Source: Ophelia neglecta
Lineage: Eukaryota
DNA length: 64,000 bases
Direction: 5' to 3'
Assembly (NCBI GenBank): GCA_965285935.1
Contig: OZ260661.1
Location: forward strand, 93,992,001 to 94,056,000
The translations under genes were made by a program, and so were the position numbers. Position 1 is the first letter of the stretch, and every line of letters starts with the position of its first letter. A model generated the notes under the pieces. That model did not search any database. It saw only the letters and a list, made by a program, of their open reading frames with translations, and was not told the DNA's origin. Below, in pieces: positions 13,424 through 24,946 of the stretch.

Positions 13424-15219
13424 ACACAACACACACACACACACACATGGGGAGGAGGTAATAACGTTCATGTAGGCCTAACTCATTTAGGACTTTAATC
13501 CTAAACTGATAAATTGTTGAGAGGAACAGACTTTACACCCGTGCAATGAAATATTGTGCTTGTTATCTCTTTCCTAGTTATTAAAATTGAATCGTTTCAT
13601 ATTGGGTGTTCCTTCAAACAGCACCACAAGCAGAATTTTATAAGTAGATCTAATATAAAAAGTTACTTTAAAGCCTATATTAAAATATGTTTCATTGTGT
13701 CTCAGTGCACGTACCAGAGCTATCAAAATAAAACACATTGGAACACATTAGAACCAAGTCCTCGTCCTGTGATAAGTGAACGTGTATCTATCTCATACTA
13801 CCGCTTTATATAAAAAGCAATTCGCCACACAACCCACATACATATTGTCATTTATTCTGTTAATTGCTTACATGCATAGTAGCTTCATTATATTTGTTAC
13901 GGTGATGTCATTATAGAAAGTCATCTTATTTGGTTGTTTCTTGAATCAGAAATATCAAATAAGCTTATGATGAACAAGGAGTCACAATGCCGTGTTCAGT
14001 AATTTTGAATTGATCTTGAAAAACTGCAATACAATAGTCATGCAGAAGTCTATGGTATAATTAGCTTGAGCTGATCAAGAAAAACTGCTGGAAGGCAAGA
14101 AAAAGTCATCATTTAATAGAATTCGTCGAAGCCAAACTTGTCATTTCTTGGGTCCCATGGCATAATTTGGTTTTCACTTTCCTGTGTTAGTAGAGTGATA
14201 CATGTATGTGTCTACACGCTGATTCCTTTTAATCTCATCAGATAGCTTCAGATCGATAAACCAATCAGTACACAATGCATTATTGTTACATATATAGCCT
14301 ATGCCTTTTGTATCACTGATTTGTACGAAAACTTTCGTTTTCACTATTTAACCAATGAAATACCACAGTTCAATTGACCTAGGGGAGATGTTTGCGCTGA
14401 TACGCAGCAAAGCAGGCTTAATCACTGTGGTCTAGGATATTGGTTTTCGAAAAGCGACAATTTTCAGGGAAATACAGTGCAAATCCTGTGTTTTTCCGAA
14501 AGAGTCACTTATTTTACTTACACCTATTTTTTGGCGGCTTATACGTCGAGAAGTCGTACTGCTGCCATCTGTAATTGTGCTTGTTGGCAGACTCACCGCC
14601 GTGACAACAGATGAATACCGCGAAATTTGAGCGCAAGCAACGACAGTTGACAGATAGTCGTTACGACTGTCCACCGTCTTATTATGGCGGAAACTGTACT
14701 TTGCGATGCCTGAAAAGCAAACAATTTGAAAAGGGCTAACTAAAATTTACAAGTGGATTATTGGTAAGCGTATAGGTTTAGTTTAGCTTATAGTCAGACC
14801 CTTGCCCACCTGAACGACGTATAAATGAAAATTGTTCCATTCTGTCGCGTGTTATACCCGTATTACCACAAGTGTTTTAAATGTTTTAACATCTCACAAA
14901 CACTGATCACGAGACGATTTTTCATATGGCTTAAACCACGCAACCACGCACACTTATACATCTATTAATATCAGTAGTTTGTGAAGTCTTTTCCACAACC
15001 AATTATGACATTTATGTAGGTATTTTGCATGTCGGGACAATAAGTTCCCAAACAATTCGCACAATGCTAACTCACAAAATAATTCCATATTCTGACCCCC
15101 ACCCCTTCAATTCCCCCTCTCGTCTACATGAAATATCTGACGGATGCTCCTGTTGATATATATACATATATTTATATTCCGGTCGTGAGAGGTAGGAAAT
15201 GGATGGTAACACAGTCATT

Positions 15220-15235
15220 TGGCGCCCTCTGTTGA
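15220..15235 (-). promoter_or_regulatory. CTCF-like binding motif
   Basis: Minus strand reads TCAACAGAGGGCGCCA, a near match to the CTCF core. Confidence 0.45.
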
Positions 15236-16743
15236 CAAAAATAGCTGATCTGCGCGAGGCAGAGCAGCAGTGCTGCACTGAGTTGTGTTTACTGTCTACC
15301 TATACACGTTTTAGCTGTACTATTGATTCTTAGTGAAGCGCCCCAATTCGGAGCGAGGCTGCATTAAAACTCTTAATGATCTGATCGATCAAAACTGAGA
15401 AAAAAGATCGATTTTTCTTGCCACTATAATTGGGCGGTCATGCATTTACGCCGATCAAGGCCCAATGTTATGACGGAGGAATACCGCACCACAGGATTTG
15501 TCAAAGTTTTCTACCATGGAACCTTTACCTCCAGACGGTTCAAATGATTTTATGAACTTTTCAGGTTTTTGTTACTGTCTATCTGCTTAAAATGGAATTT
15601 GATATGTTTTTACATTATGAACTTGACAGACTCGTTTCGTTACGGTATATCTATTTAAGTTGGGAACAAAAGGTCTGTTAAGATATAGTTTACAATGTGG
15701 TCAATGCAACCTTGATAAGTTGCTATTTTGGTTGTTTTTGATTGAATCTTTTTACGTTAAAGTCGACTCACTGTAAGTGTATAATTAACAATATCAATAT
15801 CAAATGTATATCCGTCCAAAAAGCTGTTTATGTGATTTTTCCAAAAGCGGAATATGGTAAACATAGCTTGCGCACAAGTGTAACATGCAATGAAACACGT
15901 TTGGTGAAAGACTAAGAGCCTATAGCTTGGAGAACACTTTTAAACAATCAAATGTGATGCTATACACCTTATATTTACCTGATATAGACTTGCAGTAAAT
16001 GGGAAAAAGTAGTCTGGACACACCGTGGGTCCAAAACGGGGCAGGGTTGTTACAATGTGTTAGAATGTGTGTGAGTTTTACTTTCAGTCTCGTAACACTG
16101 AGCTGGTTAAAATCATACGCGCCTTTATTATTTGAACGCAAGCGGGTACTATATAGTAACATATAGGCCTATACTAATATTGGGGAAGAGGTATACTTTT
16201 AAAGGGAACAGTGAAAAACTCTATCACTACCTTACTCATTGCATTAAGTGCAACGAAAAATTCACACACACACACACAAATATATATCTGTCAGGTAGCC
16301 TATAGTAACTTCATGCTGGTTTTAGGCCCGATGATTGTGGGCGCCCATTAATACTATGATAAAAAGCGTTGGAAATAAGTGGCCGAAATCGCGCTTTCGT
16401 TTATATATTTATATGCAACTAATATAGCGGCTCTTCTGGTTTGAACAGAATAGTCATTGTTTCGATTGTTTCTGATCCTAATGTGCATCTATAGCGCCTT
16501 GATTCGAGCCTGACGGGTGTATCCATCGGAGATAGGGCCTAGAGAACACCGCTTTGGACATTGGGAGTAGATGGATATCGGCTCGCTCAATTTGTGCCCG
16601 AGTTCGTGCCTGTCCACTTTTCTGTCATGCGTTGTCACCTTATGGCCGAGTCAATTTCAAATACATTGACTGGAAAATGAAGAACTCAGGATAACGACGC
16701 TCCCCCTAAATGGCTTTATTGCACGTCGACGAGATGGCGGATG

Positions 16744-17150
16744 TTTTCCATAGGAAAGTGACACAGACTCGGTCAAGGAATTGACAAAAAGGGCACCAGT
16801 TTGTGTCAATTGGTAATGTGCTTTAGGCCTATATGTGTTTGACTAATTCATATTTCTCTCTAGTTTCAAGTTTCCGATTTAGTTCATTTATCTAAATCAG
16901 AAAAAAAGCAATGTAGTCAACGGTTCTTCTTAAATCGGCCTCTTGACTTTTTTCATAGCAACGTGAGGCAGACTCGGTCAGGGAACTGACAATAAAGGCG
17001 TCAGTTCGAGTCCAATGGTAATTTTCTGTTTATATGGGTTTGATCAAGTCAATTATCTCGCTTATTTCGAGTTTCCGATTTAGTTCATTATGAAAATCGG
17101 ACAAAAGCAATGAAGCCAAATTTACGTTTCTTCCGTAAAATCGGCCGATT
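16744..17150. repeat. Degenerate tandem duplication, period about 205 bp, 2 copies
   Basis: cagactcggtca at 16764 and 16969; agtttccgatttagttcatt and aaatcggcc occur in both copies in the same order. Confidence 0.85.
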
Positions 17151-20100
17151 TGCTGAAGAATCGTCGATTCGGGCGAGGGCGATCGAGGCATATAAGAATA
17201 TGTATTCCAATCAGTCAACGAGTCATGAATGGAAATAAATAGCCCTTAGCCCTGAATTCTAAACTTCAATATAGTACTTCTGACATATCCCCCCCCCCCC
17301 CCCCCCCCGCCACCCGTATTTTGACGTTGGAAAAGGCCTATACTTAATCATTGTATATATGTCAGACACAGACATGTATATGTACATCTGGCTCTATATT
17401 TAAGTAGGCTCGTATCTATCTATATACACTGGTTTAGAAGGCCTATAGCCTACTCGCGAGTGAGTGACTAAGTGGTGTTCGCGAAATGAGCAATGCAGTC
17501 TATACTTTCTGAGCCCTCCTGTTAATTAAATGGGCTATTTAGAGTCCTGTTGTGTTTGAGAATACGATAAGGAAAAAGGGCAAAGTTTGTATTAATATTT
17601 TAATGGTGTGGTTAATTATAGTCACAAAGGTTTGTTGGTTTGTTGATTATTTTTCATGATTGTTGCTATCCATTTTGTCGCTCATCTTTCAAACTTTAGT
17701 TCGTTGTTAATTTATGTTGTTTTTCAAGTTTCTTTTTTCAGTTGAAAATTCGAGAGTGTTGTGGTACATTAAGACTATTGAGTTAGTTTCATCGTTGCCT
17801 GTTTGGCTAAAGGGAAGGCCCATCAAGCCACAAAACTCGGTTAACTCGGAATCCAGTTGCTGGTTCAACTGGCTCAGATTACACTTTCTGCCATAGCCAT
17901 GGTGTATGAAAATGATTAATGACTTATGATAAATTAAAGCAGTCTGAAGTTGGTCTGCCTTGAGGGGTGTGGGTATCTCTGGACCAGCTAGGTCGCCCGC
18001 AGATAACCCCGAATACTGGACAGGCCCGGCCCGCCTGCTAGCCAACGTACTTCCCGCCAAATACCTTACCTCAACCATATCGCACCGCCGCCAGACGACA
18101 AGGGTTACAGTGCTCAAGCCAAGACTCAGGAGTAGTCAGACACCCTACTAGCTAAACATTGATTAACCCTTGCGTTAGTCATTGGTTCTGATCGACCTTG
18201 GGTGTTGAGGAGAAAATATCCAGCCAGGTTCCCACTTCTGCTGGCATATATTGCTGGAGGATCTCGGAGAGTTTAGGATAGACGAAGTTAGGAATTTTAA
18301 TTTCCCCCTCTCAGCCTGCGGCGGTGGGTAGCGTGTGAGGCGACAGGGCGGTGTGAGTAGCGAGGATTGGCGACTCTGTTGGTCTGCTCAACCTGCCTTC
18401 AGGCATGCAGGGCTCTGAAGGATACTCCCTGCCACTAACACCACGCGTTCTGATTGCTTTCTCTACCTGGATACCTTACTGCACAGCTCTAGGCCCTAAC
18501 ACAAAGTTACTATGAGTGGATTCACCGACAAACATTATCAAACTTAGGCCAGCAAAACGCGAGTATGCGCCCTTGCTCTCCTTACTAGCGGCTCAGCGCG
18601 GCCCGTCTCTTGGCCCTTATAATGTACAGAGGGCGATTGTAGCAAATCACCGAGTTGGAAGCAATTCGAGTTGACAGGAGAAGAGTTGACACCTGACACA
18701 CATTGAGCCACAATTGTACAGGTATTTGACACACATTACTCGTATATTGTCTGTAGTCTATAATTTTCTGACTCAACTTTTCGCACCCCTCTGCCGTTTG
18801 TTACAGAAATTCTGCACACCACTTCCATGTTTTGTAAAACCTGACATGACTTATACCTTAACACATCGTCGGGCATGGCACATGCCACAATTCACCCTGA
18901 CATTTTCCAAATTCGCTTAGGTTATAACAGTGATATTCAAAACATCAATTCAGGCATATACTAGTACTTGCCGAAAAAATTATTTAAACTTAGTGTGATA
19001 AACGCAAATCTTATAACAACTATAATGCCTATGATATATATGTCAATGACGCTTTATAGCTGAATCCTTTTAGGTATAACCGTAAAGACCTACCTTTAAA
19101 AAGTATACACTTATTTTGAAGAGATTATGTTAGACCTATGATGCCTCATATCATGAGTAAACAAGAACTTTGTTTAACGCCTAGTTCATTTTTTAAAAGA
19201 AGTCCTTTAACAATCATGGTTTTAATGTGTATTATCATGCATATCTAACACGTATAAATTTGTCATTTCCTTGTCATTTCTGGTATTCTTATCTCTTAAA
19301 CAAGATTTTTTTTATGGCAATTCATGATGACTTTATTAATTATCCGTCTGTTCAAATACGTCGTCGACAGCAAATGTATATAACAATGTGTTTACTTTTA
19401 TTGCAAATTCAAATTCAATACTATTTCCATGGTTGCCTGTTTTTATGCGGTAGCTGGCCTATGTATTAATGCGCCTTTAGAATCATGCAGTTTTAGTCAC
19501 CCCGTGGTCTCTGCATGCATATACAATATATGTTTTAGACTATACAGTGGGTGCAACGCAATCTTTATATTATAAAGATTATCATTGAACCTTTATGTTC
19601 TGTCTATAAATATTTAACAATTGGTAGAACATTAAATGTTTAACTATAACGATGTGCATAATTCAACACGTAGGGCATTAATATAATAAACAAAAGTTTT
19701 AAATGTCGCAAAGGCTGGGAGAGTCATTGAGACATTCTTCCGCCAGTCGTCGAATTACCCATTGATGACATTGCGGTGAATTGTGCATGAATATATATAA
19801 ACCGTTAAGATGAACTATTTGGAATACAGATCGATGTTAACAATTTAACGAATATGATTCAGTATTGCAGACAGACAAGGTATACGTCTAATAAGCAGAA
19901 GGTTCGCCTTTTTCCACTGCCGAGTAATAGGTACGTACATTATCGCCCAGTTTGTGAGAAAAGGGGGGCCCAGTCACAGGTCTGGTTGGCGATAACTCAG
20001 CACAGTCGCGTTTTGTGGCGATATATTATGACGAGTTCTGCTCAGAACTCCCATGTAGACAATGTATATGTTATCGGACCCCCTCCTTCGGATAAAATTC

Positions 20101-21741
20101 CTAGTGTTTTCCGACCGAGAACGATACCCCGGACAAGTGAGATTGAAGGATCACAAGCGTATCGAGTGACGGGCTGTGTCAGCAATGTTTGATGACTTCG
20201 ACGAAAAGATACGATCCCCAGCTCATAAATCTGACAGAATATGAAATAATATTAAAAACACATGTGAGAGGCGGGTGTCGGATTGTTGTTTTTTCGAGCG
20301 GCTACTGATTTTGCGGCATATGCGCCCTTTAATTCTATATTATACATTGTATGGTTGCAGCCCTCTCTCTCAATTAATCAAGTGGGGCATATATAGGGTT
20401 ACAGGATATGAATTATTATGCATTTGTGATGATCTGTCACTTAAATTGATGGGCAAAACATGTATACTCATATATAAATTATCATCCACATCATTATACA
20501 GCATGCACTAACAAGTCACGCTCTCATTACTGTATAGATTACTATTCGTAAAAAAAAGTTTTGAAAATATCATCGACCTTTAATATAGGTCGGGCGGTAT
20601 GATTGCTATTAGCCCTCATAGAGGCCTATTTATCGTTTTATACTGAAGCAGATTTTGTCCTCGTGCTCGTATGTTCCGATTTCTCTTTCAACTTTTAATG
20701 TATACATACAGTTCCTTCCTCCTGTATGATCCAAGAAAAAATACAAGCCATAATTTGCCTACAATGATCATTCAATGATCATTCACGGGGGCTTTTTTAA
20801 GAGAGCTCGCACATGGTTCTGCAGTATGTATAGGCCTACATGCATATGTGCCTGAGCAACAACTTGATCAAGGCATATATATGCAAGCGCCTATAGTGGT
20901 CAATCGCGATATCCCTGTCTGGGATGTCCTGCATATAGGTTGCTCGTGTCTCCTCACAGCAATAATTGGGGAATACTCTTGATTTGTTTCATTGCGCCTC
21001 TATTAAACAACACCACCGATCTAAATGTACCATTGGCATACATTGATTGGGATACGCGACTGGCGCCCTCTTTATTTAAAACACGCTGTTTCAGTGGTGC
21101 CATCCGCCGAGGATGTGATTCACTCTGTAACTTTGGTTTGGCAGTATTGAAAGAGAACAATGAACAATTAACACACATGTTGTAAGAAGTTTCCTGGATT
21201 ACTGCAGGGAAGTAAGAAAAACAGTAATAGTTTCTTTAGGATACAAAATACAAAAATCAAAGTGTTAACATGCCTGCATATACAGTATGATTGTCAGTAA
21301 GAAAAGTATAATAAGGCTATATAATTGATGTACAGCTTTAATAATTACATGATAAGGCCTAGACCTGTTATGTAGGAAGTCTCCGTGGCCTGCACTAAGA
21401 CGAGCGTGGAGAACGTGCTTGTAGCCCAGGATACCATTATATACTCCCTCAGTTGTACCGCTTATACGCGCTCATACGAGTGTATACATTTCATGATTTC
21501 ACGCGCTCATAACTGAATATTTTATAATCCTGCATAGAATTACGAACTCGCAATTTAACCACGAAAAACAGGGATATTTTTGAAGAATATCATATATTTG
21601 CAAATCAGATTTAAACTACCCTGTTGTGAGATGAACCCGTTTTCTGGAACACTCTGTAAAAAACAGAAGAATGAGTACATAGGATTACCACCAAGGCACA
21701 GGTCGACGTTGTGTCCTCAAAAATAGTGAGATCTGGAGAGC

Positions 21742-21757
21742 TGGCGCCATCTAGTGG
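21742..21757 (-). promoter_or_regulatory. CTCF-like binding motif
   Basis: Minus strand reads CCACTAGATGGCGCCA, a full match to the CTCF core CCASYAGRKGGCRS. Confidence 0.6.
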
Positions 21758-21765
21758 AATTGGAA

Positions 21766-22460
21766 GTATGAAAAGTCGAGTATTTGTATAAAAATCTCGA
21801 GTTTTGAGTATGAAAATTCGAGGATCGCCTATGAAATCTCGGGTAAGTGTGAAGCCTAAAGCTGGACGTAATTTGACAACTACAAGTATCCGCCGAAGTC
21901 TATGTGGACAAGTAACCTACTACATACAGGTAGATACTCTCATGCATGGGCTTGATCTTTAAACATACCCAAACAGACCAAATCGCTATGCAATGGCATC
22001 CAACACGGCTGGACTCGTTAAGTTCGCAATGTCGAACGTTGCATGAAAATACTATCATTCCACAAAGCATCGGATCCATGTGCGCTTTTTTCCGACTGAA
22101 AGCGGAAGCATAGAGCCTCTTCGCTCTAATTGACTGAGTAACCAAATATATGCGACTTTTCGGGCCTGGTCAAATCAGCAACTATCGAAAAGAAACAATG
22201 CCCAATCACACAAATAAAAGACTGACCCGACATTGATGCACTTTAAACTACGCTGGCCCAACAATTAAGAAGTTAAGGATAGCGAAACTCGATATTCCTA
22301 CTCGAAACTCGAGATATACTCGAACATTCAGAATCGAAACTCTATAAATCAGACACGAAACTGGATACTTCATACTCGATACTCGAATTTTAATACTCGA
22401 TAATGGAACATTCATAAACGATAGGAACTTTTGCACTAAAAACTCGAGACTTTTTCAGAC
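21766..22460. mobile_element. Degenerate foldback-like non-autonomous DNA element with arms built of roughly 21-bp TCGA-containing subrepeats
   Basis: Left arm (21766-21845) has tatgaaaa..tcgagt units; right arm (22283-22460) has the same units inverted. Ends read gtatgaaaagtcgagt and, reverse-complemented, gtctgaaaaagtctcgagt. No TSD seen. Confidence 0.55.
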
Positions 22461-24804
22461 TATGTGTCCCTTATTCACTACAGGTAGGCCTATTGGAGAG
22501 GGAGGATTGGGTAACTGAAGGGGGCCCGGGGAAGTGGAGATAGTGAAGCGTCTGTTGAATTGACGTGTATTCTTGTTCCGTCGATACACTCCATGCATGG
22601 GGCTTCGTGCTTTGATGTGACTCTCCCGGTATATGCACGGCACACAAGTCCTTGTGGGATTGAAGGTCATTGATTTGAAGGAACCATCATAATTTTTCTG
22701 TAAAATGCTAAAAAGGGTGAACACATTCATTAAGGTCATTAACTTTAATTTATATTGCTTTCCATCGAAATTATCATCCATTTGTTCCCGCTATAAATTA
22801 TAAGGCTCAGCCTTTATGTTGTTTTCTCAAAAAAAGACCATTCAACAGCCCATCGACGCTGCTTTTTATGCGTTTGAGCTTGGGTTCTTCGTCTCTCTAG
22901 GACTATTGCAAGATTTACATATTTCCGCACACATAGTTAACCACAAACATAAATCATGACATAATTCTGAAAGATATTGCTGATGTTTAGAACCGATACA
23001 TTGACTAACTTAGCTCTCAAACACATTTTTCATCTTTTCTAAGACAAAACTAATCATTTCCAGATAGATTTACCCAATTATTACTCTCAAGCTTTGATCT
23101 CCACATCTGTTTGCCACAGTTACTCAATCCAGTGGATATCTCATATAGACTGGTTAATGAGGTCATGGGCAAATTCAATATTATGCGTATTTCTAACCAA
23201 AGTTAGATTAGTAACATTCTAGTTATAATTTATCTGGGCCTAGGCTGCATTGGGCCTATGTACCGCATACAGCATGTGCACGTAATAGAGTCTAGAGATG
23301 TATCAGGCCACCGTAGATTTAGAGTGAATGTTGTTCGAACGCAAATTTTGCTAGAAAAACGGAATTGGTATCCGGCAGACAAAAGAAATCGTTCACCAGG
23401 AACAATCAATTTATTCGATCCAAATTCACCAGGAACTAGCAGTGAAACGTGCCAGTGTCCATGGTGTAGGTCTTAGGCCAATAAAACGGCCTAAACTTAC
23501 CCCATAAACACTGCATGGCTCTGTCCAGTGCCATCATACATGTACGTTGGCCTATATGCCTATATGGGCCTTGGAATTTACTTAGGACACTGCAACTGGC
23601 ACCGTAGGCGCTGCCAGAAGTGGAAGATAAAATTTAAATTACTGGAAATACTATACAAAAATGAGTGGCCATAAATATATATCTAGTTCATGCATGGACA
23701 TTCGGCCCCTATTCTTGTTCCCGCCGACAGCGTCTGTTAATCGTTGGATTGTCGCTTTAATTATGGTTTATAAATTATGTTTTGCAAAACTCAAACGATT
23801 TTGCGATATTAAACTAGCCATCAGTAGGGTATACCATTTCTACCTGGTTTGATTGCATTGTAATTTTGCCTTTTGGTCTAGTATCAATTAAATCTTAACA
23901 TCCTGCTAGGGACGAAAAACCTTGGGACGAAAAAATTAGGTACGAATATTTCGGGTCAAATAGTTAGGTGGCGGATTTGACGTAGACGCCACAAACACCG
24001 GCGTGATAACTGGCTTTAGGCTGGGAGCAGGAAACTACCCATTTGAAGACCAGACGCTTGTTCGGCTGCATTTCAATGCTCCTGCTATTAAAAGAAGTTT
24101 CAAGTACATACCTTGATGCTCCAAAATAGGAAGCGGGTGTTACACGGAAAAGGCCACTCAGGGGTGAGCGACTTTAATTCCGCCATCATTAGTGGGAACA
24201 ATAATGACACAATAGGACATCGCCTTACGACATTCTATGCCTCCACCATCCATCAATTCTGAAGGCATGTTGCTACTGACAACCCGAAGGTGGCCGATAA
24301 TTACCGGACAAATTGGGAGAGTCGACCCTGCTGCTTGGGGTGGAGGGGAATCTTAAGGGTCTATGGTCGTGGCCCAGCTACGGGAGCAAGGCACCCCTTG
24401 CCCCCGGGAACTGAGCTCACAAACCTCGGGGTAGTTACCGATGAAGGGACGCCTGATCTACGAGCAGTCTCCCTCCTTGATCACACTTAATCACCCGCGC
24501 TCGCACGCCACATTTTGGCAAAATTTCCTGAACATTCTCCTAATATCCGACCATTTCATTGACAACCCGGTTCTGCCAAATGTTCCTCGCATGCCTCGTG
24601 TCATAAAATAACTTATTTGATAATGAATAACTTATACATAAATCATTTAAATCGTAAAGCAAAGTAGTGTCGTATCATTTATTGCGCATGTCCTGGAATT
24701 ATAGAGCACATTTTGAGGCACTGCCATGTGTCATTTCTGGCATAGTTTCCTTCGTGATCAGATTTGTCGACAAGACATGTACCTAAAGACGTTCCAGTTC
24801 AGAT

Positions 24805-24946
24805 CACAGGGACCTGTAACAATATAAATAGCTAATATACACTATTACATAAATAGACACTAAAATAACACAAGCCCTTGTGTTATTTTAGTGTCTATTT
24901 ATGTAATAGTGTATATTAGCTATTTATATTGTTACAGGTCCCTGTG
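24805..24946. mobile_element. Perfect hairpin MITE (70-bp arms, 2-nt loop) with 8-bp TSD; P-element- or hAT-like
   Basis: 24805-24874 is the reverse complement of 24877-24946. Termini are CACAG...CTGTG, and GTTCAGAT flanks both sides (24797-24804 and 24947-24954). Confidence 0.92.

Noticed and set aside
17961-18530. GC-rich block starting TG and ending CA as a solo LTR
   Set aside because: No target-site duplication, PBS or PPT seen. It may be an enhancer or old repeat, but the sequence alone does not support a call.
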